This document shows positions 25,870-36,310 of a stretch of DNA of 42,101 bases, piece by piece. The notes beneath the pieces are model-generated. The model did not search any database. It was given only the letters and a program-made list of their open reading frames with translations, and had not been told where the DNA came from. The stretch is from Catajapyx aquilonaris (Eukaryota). The position numbers and the translations under genes are program-made. The first letter of the stretch is position 1. Each line of letters begins with the position of its first letter. The DNA lies in contig KZ538892.1 in the NCBI GenBank assembly GCA_000934665.2, positions 1-42,101 on the forward strand, written 5' to 3'.

Positions 25870-27324
25870 GATTAAAAAGTTAAACTCACAAGGAACATAT
25901 CAGTCTGGAGTGATAATAACAGATCTTGATGAAACTGCCTATGCTAATAAAAGACAATATATGATAACCAAAAATAAGTCATTTCGGGCTGAAGTTCATA
26001 TTTGCAAAAGTTATGACGTGTTAAAGTCACAAAAATGGTACATTCCCATACAGAATGGGATTACGTTAGCGACCACATGTAATGACATTGAAGTGTGTAA
26101 TCAGTTTTATTGTACCAAATACACTTTAAAAGTAAAGAAGTAGGCCTAATTGATGAGATTGGCGGCACTCATGATATGTTATGAGATGAGCTTCTTTTGT
26201 TCTGCACATTTCAATACCGGTATTCGTTTCTGTATCAAACGTTCATTAAAAAGTGAACGGCATACTTATACGTTTAAATAAATTGTATGGCAGTTAAATA
26301 ATGTGTGTTTGGTACAATAAAACTGATTACACACTTCAATGCCATTATATGTGGTCGCTAACGTAATCCCATTGAGTATGAAAATGATTGTAATACCATT
26401 TTTGTCACTTTAACACGTCAGCGCATAACCTTTGCAAATATGAACTTCAGCCCGAAATGACTTCATTTTTGGTTATCATATACAGTATCATGGACGTGGC
26501 TGAGGCTAGGGTTGTTTGTTTGGATAGGTGTAAATGGCGTAGGTTAATTAATGGGTAAATAGGTAAATATGTCTGAGGATAAGGTGATGTCTGAGGTGGG
26601 CAGGGGTGGGGGGTGGGACAGGTTGTTTTTAGGTTTATTCTCATGAGTTTTATTAGTTCATATATTGGGTTAGCTTGCATCTCCCTTCATCGCTGACTAC
26701 CCCTCATAGGGAAATGTCGTGATGTTGTTGTTGTTGTTGTTGTATATACAGTATTGTCATTTATTAGCATATTCAGTTTCATCAAGATCCGTTATTATCA
26801 CCCGAGATATGCTCCTTGTCAGTATTTTAACGTAACTTATCGCTTCTCTAACAATGAGTGTTGAAAACTTGGGCTCTAAAGTTGAAATTGTGTATTTTTA
26901 AAATTTGAAATGACCACAGCAGACACTAAGAACCTTCCCGAATTTTAAATNNNNNNNNNNNNNNNNNNNNNNNNNNNNNNNNNNNNNNNNNNNNNNNNNN
27001 NNNNNNNNNNNNNNNNNNNNNNNNNNNNNNNNNNNNNNNNNNNNNNNNNNNNNNNNNNNNNNNNNNNNNNNNNNNNNNNNNNNNNNNNNNNNNNNNNNNN
27101 NNNNNNNNNNTAGGAGGGGATGTGCAAAGTGCAAGTGCGCTGTCGTTAATTGGTCATTTTGTGAACTCCCCCGGGTGGCTTAGTCTATCGGAAATTGCCA
27201 CCCGAAACGAAGCCAGAGATGGCCCAACTCTGCACGAAAGAAGGTGGGAACCCCGGGTGGGGATTGAACCCGGGACCTTAACTTCCGTGAGCGCACGCGT
27301 TACCGCGGCGCCACTCCGTCTCCC

Positions 27325-27398
<74 letters not shown>

Positions 27399-27410
27399 GG
27401 TGTTGTTGTT

Positions 27411-27462
<52 letters not shown>

Positions 27463-29992
27463 GTTTTAAATGTAATTTTTATGACAATGGAAATGATGAC
27501 CAATTTTCTGAGTCACATATTGTTCACGAATGATAATTTTAATAATATTTTTAATACTCGTATGCATGATTCCACATAATACGTAATACCCCATTTGCAG
27601 TATTGCCACATTTTAAAATAAGATTGATTTTATTATGTTTCTTTTAGTTATCAACACGAAAACAATGACCTGATGTCTGCTGTAGCCATTTCAAATGCGA
27701 AAATAATTGCAAATTGTCAACTTTCAAGCCCTGATTTTCACTACTCAAACAACATAGGCTACATTATTTTAAAAACTGAGTTTCACTTTTTCTGCATCTA
27801 ATATTATCAGGAACAAATTACAACATAAATTATTGTGGCCCATTGCCAAATTGAACTTTGGAGACGTCCGTTTGAAGATGCGATAGGCGTACTCGACGTG
27901 ATTTTTCTAGTCAAATTTTTACCTGGACGAACTCGTTACCATACCTGCGTATATGGTTGACGTCTCACTCTGAGTGAATCTGGTATCTCCTTACAATTCT
28001 GTAATAATGCAACCTTTACTGAAAATCAAAGTCCGGTTATATTATTTGGTTCACGCCTTATTAAGCTGCTGTTTCAGCAATCAACAATAACACTAATGTC
28101 AATCGAGAGACATTTGCTGCTTACAGTATTTTCTGCGACATTGACACGCAGTCAGTAAATAGATATGCATTATTGATAAATCAGAATACGGTGAATATGT
28201 TACTTGTAACGCGATGAAAAGTCACTATATTAAATATCATGATATAAGCCTTACCTTTTTCTTGAAACGAAGTTCCCGGTGTTTTTTCAGCCATTGCAGA
28301 TTCTTCGGCTTCCATATCAGCAATATTATTATCTTCTGATTTGCCGTCAGTTCCCGTTTCTGATGTGCTTGCGACAACTTCAGATGTTAATGTAGGAGTC
28401 ATTGCTGCCACCTCCACATTTGGTGTTTCTGAAGAGGCAGTTTCGGCCTGGTCTTGAGATTCTAATGTTGTCTCTGACTTTGCTGCATTTGTGATAGTGT
28501 CTGCCATTGCTTCACAGGAATCTACCACTTCCACTTCTTCGTTTGACACGGTTGTGACTGCTGCATTATCTACTATCTTTGGTTCGTCACCGGTTGTACT
28601 TTCATTTCCTTTCATTTCATTTTCTTCAGTTTCTCCTGCATCCACTGAACACACACTAACTTCTTCCGTTTTAGTTTCTTCTGCAGTTTCTGGTTGCCCT
28701 TCATTTGTTTCCTTCTCTTCCGTTATTAATACATTTTCTGCGTCATTGTTGGTGATGACCTCTGAGCAGGGTTCCTCTTCGTTTCCTGTCATAGTTTCTG
28801 GCTGAGGAGTAGCAATTGGAGTCATTTCGAGAAGATTGTTCTCCGTTTGTGAGTTTCCTTCCCCAGTTTCCATTTCTTCTGAAGGCATAGGTGTTTTCAC
28901 TTCTCTTTCCTCTTCAGTTGTTACTTGCACTTCACAAACTACTTCTGATTGTTCTTCAGTTCCTTCTATTGGGTTTTCTACGATGGCCTCTGTAGTTATA
29001 GTGCCTCCAGAGCATTCCTCCTCTTCATTTAGTACCTCAACTACCTCTTCCTTTTCTTCACTTTTTTCTTGCTTTTCCACCGATGATTGGTCTGTTGTGA
29101 CAACGTCAACGTTCTCCTCTACAAGTTCACATGTACCATCTCCCAATACGTCTGTTGCAGACTTTTCCACTTCTGCATGGGCTTGGACAGTAACTTCTGG
29201 GATACTCGGTGCATTGCACACTTCTCCAATCATGTCCTTCGGCCCAGACCCATCGTCTATTGGGGTAGTTTTTTCTATATCCTGAATGGGAGACTTAGCT
29301 AGTGATACTTCCTGCTCTGCATTAGTTTCTTCGTTTGATGCACTGGCGGGGACTGATTCAACGTCATTTTCTTCCGCTGGATGCTCAGCTGGTTGAGTAA
29401 CGGGAGGTGACAAGTTCACTGACTCTGGAGTTGGTGATGTCACCACGGCTTGTGTTTCGGGTCCGTCAGTGGCAGATTGATGCACTTGATCGATAACACC
29501 TGAGGCCGACACTGGCCTGGAACTAACCGCGCCTTGCACTGACACAGGTCTCGAACAACTTGGGGATTTGTCGTCCATGACTGGAGACATAACTACATCA
29601 TCGTCGTCGTCGTCCTTGCAGCCCTCTGGTTGACCATTTGGATGTAAAGCTTCAGTACCAATCTCAATATCTTCCTGACCATCACCGGTTGTGACGACTT
29701 CTACACTGTCACTCTGACCGTTCATGCTGTCAGATCCCACCAAAGTCAGTTCACGACAGACTGGAAATGCTTCTTCGTTCCCAACCCCAATCTCTTTTGT
29801 GCTCTTTCCGTTTGACAACTGGACGGTATATGTCACGTTGACATTTGCGGTTGGCGTCGGAGGCAAGTGGTCGGTTAAATTCTTCGAACAAGATAAACTT
29901 GCGCCATTAGCAAAATGGCAAGCTTTTGAAGGTCGTTGAATTTGGACGGTTTTTTTGCATGCTTCGTTTTCTCCGAAGATACTGGACAACAT
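8553..29992 (-). CDS. tau: Tau/MAP2/MAP4-family microtubule-associated protein, five-repeat invertebrate type; spliced model of 7 coding exons, 890 aa
   Basis: Exons 29992-28255, 22235-22201, 16935-16692, 15844-15639, 15006-14821, 8890-8684 and 8609-8553 have GT-AG introns with matching phases (1,0,1,0,0,0). Total 2673 nt, no internal stop. Layout is acidic N-terminus, Pro-rich region, five KxGS..PGGG-type repeats, IFDDKEYLK tail. The true start codon is uncertain. Confidence 0.9.
8684..8890 (-). CDS. tau: tau-like exon: repeat 5 and C-terminal tail
   Basis: [48 protein letters not shown]...SGAQ|GTGAGT; 207 nt, phase 0-0. Confidence 0.93.
9480..9515 (-). CDS. tau: Candidate 36-nt cassette microexon ([12 protein letters not shown]) between repeats 4 and 5
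   Basis: TTTTTCTGTTTCTACCGTGTTCTAG|36 nt|GTGAGT; open in phase 0-0, matching the host intron. Confidence 0.6.
12735..13707. mobile_element. Non-autonomous DNA element with 27-bp inverted repeats and an internal GGAACC minisatellite
   Basis: GGTAAACCATACAGTGA(C/T)GGCCAGTTT at 12735-12761, inverted at 13681-13707, with a further degenerate copy near 12598-12622. TGGAACCGG units of 10-11 bp at about 12795-12910. Confidence 0.6.
13145..13488 (-). mobile_element. tRNA-derived SINE, family A
   Basis: Minus-strand A-box-like TGGCCGAGATGG. Body shared with the 20110-20462 and 35964-36310 copies. A/C-rich tail. TSD CCATTACTGTCTT (13132-13144 and 13489-13501). Confidence 0.85.
14821..15006 (-). CDS. 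tau: tau-like exon: repeats 3 and 4
   Basis: [73 protein letters not shown]; 186 nt, phase 0-0. Not in the ORF track. Confidence 0.95.
15639..15844 (-). CDS. tau: tau-like exon: repeats 1 and 2
   Basis: GACAG|(L)[74 protein letters not shown]; 206 nt, phase 1-0. Confidence 0.95.
16692..16935 (-). CDS. tau: tau-like exon: proline-rich region
   Basis: [33 protein letters not shown]...SALSDKK+T|GTAATG; 244 nt, phase 0-1; many SP/TP sites. Confidence 0.9.
17004..17064. repeat. (TA)n microsatellite
   Basis: About 30 perfect TA units. Confidence 0.97.
17004..17426 (+). mobile_element. Non-autonomous Helitron
   Basis: 3' end is an imperfect hairpin CCTGTGCGAAGAACGGG (17399-17415) followed by CTAG|T (17423-17427). 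5' part is (TA)n then TTTGTTTGTTTGTCC. The exact 5' end is obscured by the microsatellite. Confidence 0.7.
17479..18204. mobile_element. Old MITE with degenerate long inverted repeats
   Basis: CTTCCAGGATTGATTTT (17479) and its reverse complement ending at 18204. Inner pair AAAAAGTGAAAC / GTTTCACTTTTT. Related fragments near 27770-27850 and 31360-31430. Confidence 0.65.
19999..20828. mobile_element. hAT-like MITE carrying a SINE insertion
   Basis: Termini CAGTGCCGGATT and AAATCCGGCGCTG. Perfect 8-bp TSD GATATGCT (19991-19998 and 20829-20836). The right-end motif occurs three times (ending about 20549, 20699, 20828). Confidence 0.85.
20110..20462 (-). mobile_element. tRNA-derived SINE, family A
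   Basis: Minus-strand B box GGTTCGATCC, family-A body, and 3' end TATCACGGGGTAATC plus an A-rich tail. Confidence 0.85.
22201..22235 (-). CDS. tau: tau-like 35-nt microexon ((E)[11 protein letters not shown])
   Basis: TTTCATTTATTTCAG|35 nt|GTAAGA. Phase 1-0 exactly bridges the acidic exon (ends phase 1) and the Pro-rich exon (starts phase 0). Resembles GDNDSGVDESTQ of Drosophila Tau as I recall it. Confidence 0.9.
23100..23275 (+). mobile_element. Degenerate copy of the V-like SINE
   Basis: CACGTCTAAG, GTTCGATTCCCGGGTCGGAC and GGTTTTCTCAGGGTCCTCCC match the 3277 copy. Confidence 0.6.
23427..24450. mobile_element. Foldback MITE with about 200-bp arms (outer layer of a nest)
   Basis: 23427-23627 is an imperfect reverse complement of 24256-24450 (e.g. 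TTGGCCACGGTCGGCGCTAGAGTCATG / CATGACTCTAGCGCCGACCGTGGCCAA). Confidence 0.85.
23633..24218. mobile_element. Tc1/mariner-pogo-type MITE
   Basis: Perfect 23-bp TIR CAGTAAAACTTCTATAAGTCGAA, TA TSD on both sides, and subterminal CT(A)TAA(G/C)TCGAA-type repeats. Confidence 0.9.
24991..25041 (-). CDS. Candidate 51-nt cassette or alternative first coding exon ((D)[16 protein letters not shown])
   Basis: TTTCGCTGTAG|AC ATG...TAC G|GTATAT; open in phase 1-1, matching the host intron; ATG context GACATGG. Splice sites are only moderate. Confidence 0.35.
25414..25570. repeat. Degenerate (GAATT/GAATG)n pentamer repeat
   Basis: Repeated GAATTGAA / GAATGGAA units. Confidence 0.7.
25784..25869. repeat. (AAT)n microsatellite
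   Basis: About 28 AAT units with one AAC. Confidence 0.97.
25880..26831. mobile_element. Foldback MITE with about 250-bp arms; right arm interrupted
   Basis: 25880-26128 pairs with 26294-26482 plus 26752-26831. Confidence 0.85.
26489..26743 (+). mobile_element. Short retroposed insertion (truncated SINE/LINE 3' end)
   Basis: Ends in (TTG)n, has an 11-bp TSD ATATACAGTAT (26478-26488 and 26744-26754), and splits the foldback arm. Confidence 0.75.
26951..27110. other. Assembly gap (160 N)
   Basis: Run of N. Confidence 1.
27111..27324 (-). mobile_element. tRNA-derived SINE, family B (3' part lost in the gap)
   Basis: Reverse complement matches 38463-38680; B box GGTTCAATCC. Confidence 0.85.
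27325..27461. repeat. Opposed (TTA)n and (AAT)n microsatellites
   Basis: (TTA)n at 27325-27396 and (AAT)n at 27414-27461, with a short spacer. Confidence 0.95.
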
Positions 29993-30069
29993 TGATCTAC
30001 AATCTGATCATTATCTAGAATCACATTGTCAATCAGGATTTCTTGGGACGCGATGGTTGACTGGTTCCC
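28255..30069 (-). CDS. tau: tau-like giant exon (1815 nt) encoding an acidic E/T/S/V-rich projection domain
   Basis: Long ORF from ATG 29992. Donor AAAG|GTAAGG at 28255 (phase 1). Strong acceptor TTCCTTGGTCTAACTCTACAG before 30069. An in-frame TGA six codons upstream of ATG 29992 leaves the 5' frame unresolved. Confidence 0.8.
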
Positions 30070-33000
30070 CTGTAGAGTTAGACCAAGGAAAGTCAATATA
30101 GAAGTATATAACACGTACTTTTTATTACATTGTGTCTCCAGACTGCCTATACATCAGGACAGGCTGTCATTGTGTTCAAAACACTGCCACGTGCAAGACA
30201 CGGTTGCATCTCAAGTTCCATGTAGCATTCATTGGTAGTATAGTAACCCTGGACGATTTTTCATGTAACGTTTTTTTCACCTCGTGTTTGTGAAGTTATG
30301 CAGCCACAATGTTATTATAAGCACTATTCTGCTCTAACAAATGGGGGCGGCTATACACGACATCATTAGCTCACGTTAAAGGAAAGGTCGCGATTCGATC
30401 CCATGCCTTTTGTGCGGAGTTCGTAGACCCTTTAGCTTCATGTTTGGATTGTCAACAGACTACCACGGAACGCAAGAAACTCAGGATCATATAATAAATT
30501 TAATATTGCACCTGTGTTGGTACCTTCTTGTAACGTCACAAGGCCTATACTCTGTCTGAATTAGGCTACTGTGCATAGAAAGTTGATTTTTTCAGAAGGC
30601 CACTTTGCTGTTATCTACTTTTTCAATTCATTTATACTCAATTAAAAAATTTGGCGATTACCTCATTTACAACAAATCTGAGAAAGTTAGAATTTGTGTT
30701 TAGGGAGGATCTCACTTGAGCTGATTGGAGCCACCACCTGGCTGCATTACTGTCTGGAAAGTTTGCACAAACTCATTAGATTAAAAAAAAGTTTGTGCAT
30801 CGCTTAGAACGCGATCTTTTGATTGGATGTTGCAGGCCTACACTTATTTTAAGGATCGTCATCAGGACAAGATGTTCCGGATTTTGATTACTTGCAAACT
30901 ATAGAGATTCAAATTTTTATTTGCATTGAAGCACGATAATCCTAACTTTTATTGCCAGATGCTATCATTAATCGTACACGTAGTGTCTCTCTTATCATTC
31001 AGTCCTTTTTTGTGCATGGTAGTTATAACTGTCCTTTTCAAATTGTTTTCCATAAATTGGTCAAATATCAAAATTACTCTCCACATTTTCTGCACCTACG
31101 ATTACTGCAGCTGACAATGCTGCATGAAAATAGTGTTAATTAACCTGCTATTAAACTGTTTCACGGATCATACAATCTAGCACCTCATAAAAACCTTTCC
31201 ATGCCTTAGCTGATTGGTAACCATGATTTGAAAGGTACTGATTTCATTAATTCCAGTTTTAGGAAACAACAGACAACTCTGGATATATTAAAGCCCTCGT
31301 GGATTTTAAATTGCAAAATGGCTCAATTCAAGTCAGAATTTTCCAAATACCAAAAAAAGACAAAACTGAGTTTAATTGTCATCTTACTTCTCTAAAATTT
31401 GTGACGGTTCACGGCAAAGACAATCCTGGAGCATCTTTTGAAGCATCACAAATTTTCTCAAAACATGCCTAACTTAGGCTCTACACTAATAACGATAACA
31501 ATAAACTAATTGAATGAATAACCAAAATGACTGTTCAATATTGTATAAAATTCAGTGGCCGTGAAAACATTCCAAAGACTTTACCGTACTGATACTGCAA
31601 CATTTTGCATATACAGACTGCGCCAGAAGTGCATCGTGCACATATAGGGACATAAACAAAATAGGCACAAATTACAAGTCCAAACATTATGAAACTTCAA
31701 GCAGTTCTTCCCTGTATTCTCTAAATATCAACATTAGGTATTAGATAACAGATGAAGAAAACACCCTCGACTTATCAGGGATACTCTCCTTAGATTACAT
31801 GCAGCCCACAACAGAAGAGCGCTGAACACGGATCGCGTGATACGACCTTTCATTTGCAGCGTTGAAAATAGAAACAAGGAACGCCCCTTTTCAAGCAGGC
31901 TAGATTATTCAACTTGCACCTTTAAATTTCAAAAGGAAAGCTGAAATCCAAAGGGAAAAGCATTATGTATAGGCGCATAATAATTCTACCCTTCATTTTG
32001 TTTGCAGCGACAAACCGGCACGATACGCTTAAATAGCTACTCATACCGGTACATCTCATTTACAGAGTATGAGGCACCAAAAATAGCCAACCATTTTTTT
32101 CGTGAAATGTACGGTAGTTCAATGGTATGCAGTAATACTATCTGCCAAATACACTGCGGGTAATTCTCTTTTCGCACACCCTGTGAGTGCCACTATACCT
32201 GTAGCGCATTCCTCACCTGCCGCACACGTGTGAATGTACCGAAGTTTGTGGCATTTTCAGGATATACGACAAGATACGTGACCACATTGACATTTGGAAG
32301 TAAAAACGTCGTATATTTCCACTGGCAACTTTCACTCTCGGAGTAACCCAATTATTTCGTATATATGCAGCATATCGATGCAGATTTATGAGGGTCAGTA
32401 TTAAAATACTTTCAGTGCCACCTTCCACCACGCTAATTCTTGCTTAAACTGAAGCAGGAAGTTGATCAGCTGAAGAGAAATTAGCATATCCGATATAATA
32501 ATGGAATCGCTCAGGCGATATCTCCGAGCGTGGCTAAAAGTTATTGCTGTACCTGGCAACAGTATTGATCTGGGATGAAATTCTCAAAATTTTTTATGCC
32601 ATTATCGATATAGCCGGTGTGACACGCATGACAGGGCGGGTCGCAAAATTCCTTGCCCTGATATATTGCGAGCACAGCACATCTGAGAGCCTGATCATCT
32701 CACCCTGATCTCAGCCTGATCAGTGTATATCTACATATGAGCAAACCTCGCTCAGTTATATGAGTAAATGGACTGTAGTCGAGTTAAAATTTGGCTAATA
32801 GTTGGCATAATCTTATTTATGCTCCAAGGTCAATATTTTCGTAGCATTATTTTTTTTGGACTTGGGCCACTTTTGTTCTAAGCGCCTCATATAGGATAGA
32901 CAGATCCATTAATGTTTAGATTCAGTACTGCAGTGCGACGTTACAGTGCTAGAGGCTCAGAACCGCTTCGCCAGCAAGGGTGCGATGTGGATTACAATTC

Positions 33001-33287
33001 ACCCATGGCCCTCTTAATTAGGTTGCCCTTTACCCACCGTGGCTTAAGAGGATTTCGTACTTCCTGCAGAGAAAAGCTGCAAAATTCCTACCGGAATGAA
33101 CAAAATATTAAGGGAAGCTTTTAAGCGATACTCCTAATGTGAAGCTTCTAAACATGGAATATTATTATAGACACGAAGTGACTAATATAGGTAAGTTATT
33201 GCATCAATTATTTAGTTAAACTGTTATTAAGTGCCTACCAGCAGAACCACGACAATATCTCTAATACTGTAGAAAATGCAGATCAGG

Positions 33288-33356
33288 CTGCATGGGATCG
33301 AACCTGTGACCTTTCCATGAGCATCGACGTTACCGATGAGCCACCTCGTCTCCCCC
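33288..33356 (-). mobile_element. tRNA-like SINE head fragment (family C)
   Basis: Minus strand GGGGGAGACGAGGTGGCTCATCGG...GGTTCGATCCCATGC; related plus-strand fragment at about 30343-30420. Confidence 0.6.
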
Positions 33357-34032
33357 AGCAACTTATCGTAAAATGCAGCAGATTGCAATATTTTGCCAGA
33401 AGTTTCCGCAGCATGTCATAAAATTGCTTTTACTGCGCTTTCAGTAGGCCTATTATTAGACATACGGCATATACGTAGTCAATAACCTTTTACTGCAGTC
33501 ATACATTAAAATTGGCATGTCTTATACTAAATACAGGCCTGAAAAAGCAGAACGATCAATCACACTGGAGTGATTTCAAGATAAGGATGGAAGATTGCAT
33601 TATCTCTTACGAGGGAACCCTTTTTCAAACATTGCTCTAAGGAACATTGATTGATCTATCAGAACATAAACTGGATCATTAGCAGTCAATGTCGGCCAAT
33701 TGATCATTCTTCATTTAAGTTATTTAAATTTTATAACTGCAGTTGTAACTGAATACTTCATCCCAATATAACAAAAGCGTTAACCTATACAAAAGACAAT
33801 CCTTCCCTAAATCAGAATGCCACATCTCACGTGGCTTCCAATTGTAAAATCAAATCAATACCGTTCAAGCATGGCAAACAAATCTGCAGGGTTGGAACTC
33901 GTGCAACTGACTTTAAATCACTCTAAACTGTGAAAGAAACGGCAGATTTTTTTCTTTCTTTTCTTTCGAGTACAATTGGCGAATGGAACTGAGTTGACAG
34001 TGCGACCGCAGTGCAGTGTTTTTCAACCGTAC

Positions 34033-34086
34033 CTTCAGGTTAGAAGTGGATGGATAACAGGCCACCTTTCTACCACAAGCACACAT
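34033..34086 (-). CDS. Candidate first coding exon (MCACGRKVACYPSTSNLK)
   Basis: ATG at 34086, 18 open codons, donor AAG|GTACGG in phase 0; lies about 100 bp downstream of a CRE/CCAAT site. Confidence 0.45.
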
Positions 34087-34185
34087 CAGACACTACACTT
34101 GTTCGTTTCGAGTTCGATCTCAAGCACCTCTCTGGGCCTTTCCCCCCCACACCCCATAACCCCCCCCGTCTCAACTAGCCAGACA

Positions 34186-34199
34186 GTGACGTCACCAAT
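34186..34199. promoter_or_regulatory. CRE palindrome abutting a CCAAT box; candidate tau-like promoter
   Basis: GTGACGTCAC (34186-34195) and CCAAT (34195-34199). C-runs (G-rich on minus) at 34142-34167. CACGTG at 34257-34262. Confidence 0.5.
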
Positions 34200-35963
34200 C
34201 CATAGCTAATCCACCACCTCATAAAATGTGTGGGATGGGGAAACAAATCATTAGGCCACGTGAGCACTTGGAGGCGTTCCCAAGTGACACGTAGCCTGCA
34301 TTATAAAGGGAACGCCCCCTTTTGCCCTAGGGAACAAGGGACACACAGGTGGATACCACCTCAGATTATTGCCTTCCGTCCACATTCAGGATGATGAACC
34401 CTGTTTCAAGAGATGGACTACAAGGCTCTCTTCTACGAAATTATAACCTGTGCAGGATCGCAGTGCATTTATCCGACTTATCCTATTAATTAAGAATTAA
34501 GAGAGTCAAATGAGGCCGCGCGGTTACCTCATGTTCGTGTCAATGATTACCGTATTCCAGATTAGGTGGTAATTCAAACAATTTTATCAATGTCGTTGAA
34601 GTGCACCTGTGTAATCAGTGTAGCCAAACGTTAAGTCATACGACGATAACACGCCCTGTTTATCTTGAACACTGGGTCCTTAACTATTGACAGTATTGAG
34701 GTTTACACACCACCACAGTTACTCTGGCGGTGAGAGATCATGCAACAAGTATAGTGTGATTTAAAAAAATACAGAGGTATACACACTCGGCCCTCTAATA
34801 TACTTATGGTATACGTATAGTTATTATGACAGAGACGCTCCGAACGTATCTACGTTGTGTTAGCATTTCGGTGGACGTTCTAGCCTCCCAAAAAGACAAT
34901 GATATTTTTACTTTACAAAGAGAAAGAATAGTCAGAAACTGCCTCAAAAAAATCCGATAAAATATTCCAGACGCTGACGATAAAATATGTGGGAATGTCG
35001 AGTACCAAGCATCTCCTAGGGAAATTCCGTGACGAATCGACCCACAGCACTGTAGTATATTGCGGACGCAGTAGAACTTTATTCTCTAGCTTCAGCATGC
35101 TGTAAGCCTAAATTTCGGCATTTTCTTCTGACTATGCAATTTACAGGACGTCTCTTCGCAATACCATCTGTCTTTTGGAATTACTCTTATAAAAGTTGAA
35201 TGTCAGAAATGTGTGGCTAAAAAGAAAACACACCGTTTCAAGCTGTGTATGCTGCTGGTGCAAGGGTTTAAGTCCCTGAAAAAATATCACTGACGCAGAA
35301 TTAAATGATGCATCTACACTACATCCATTGGGTCTCTCCATATCTGCCTTACGAGAAGGGAAAATGCAGTAGTGTGGTAGAGGTGACTTGGATGATGGTG
35401 ATCAAGGATGGCAAGCACGCCCCTTTCTTCCCTCATGACATGAATTGACAGGATCGATGCTTATAAGCAGTGTTGTAGTGCTATATTATATGGCCTGAGA
35501 TTCTTTTCGCTGACAGTGTGATGAAGTAAAGGAGAAGTAGAAAAAATTGGATCATATTAGTGACATCTTATTTCATCTTACTATTAGTTTGTTTCATTTA
35601 TGACTCGGTCCTCTTCTTATCACCGTAATATGCGTTCCTCTTCAGACACACCTTGCATGTGAAATGGGCCATCGATTTATCATTTACACGCTCTATAATA
35701 AATGTCAGTGCCCAGCTTGGCCCGCCTCTACGTTTCCATCAGATGCCAGCCCATCATAATGTTATCCACTCTAATAAAGTACTGTGCAGTAATTTCTGTC
35801 ATTTACAGGGATTATGGTAAATTATCATCATGATTCTAGACAACTGCGGCCTATACACAAATGGTGTCCAGATATGCTGTTTCTTCCACACCAGCAGGCT
35901 CATATTACTAAATGTAGGCAAGTACAGCAATATGTTTTTGCTTTCTTCAATATTTCAAGAAAG

Positions 35964-36310
35964 TGGGGAAGGTGATGTGGTGGCCAAGATGGTAACGTCT
36001 CGGCTTGCTGAGTGAAAGGTCCCAGGTTCGATCTCCGCCCGGAAGCTCCCTTTCACCTGCGTCGGGAGGGTCTCTGACCTGCACCTTTGGAGGTGTCTGG
36101 AATCTAACCTCCTGGATGGGGGATTGCACATGGCCCAACCAGCCAACCTTGAGACATTGCACTTGCACCCGTGTCCCTTCCCCAAAAATCCCTATCCTCT
36201 CCAATAATTGTCCTGCTTCCTTGCACCGGAGATTGAAAAAAAGTATAAGAAAATTGATGGTGGTGAACCATCCCCCAAAAAGGCCTATGTAGGCCTATCA
36301 CGGGGGTTTA
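35964..36310 (+). mobile_element. tRNA-derived SINE, family A
   Basis: A-box-like TGGCCAAGATGG, B box GGTTCGATCT, family-A body, 3' end CCTATCACGGGGG. Confidence 0.85.

Noticed and set aside
28491..29285. Ser/Thr-rich plus-strand ORFs (104 and 149 aa)
   Set aside because: Antisense of the Glu-rich exon; the composition follows from complementary codons.
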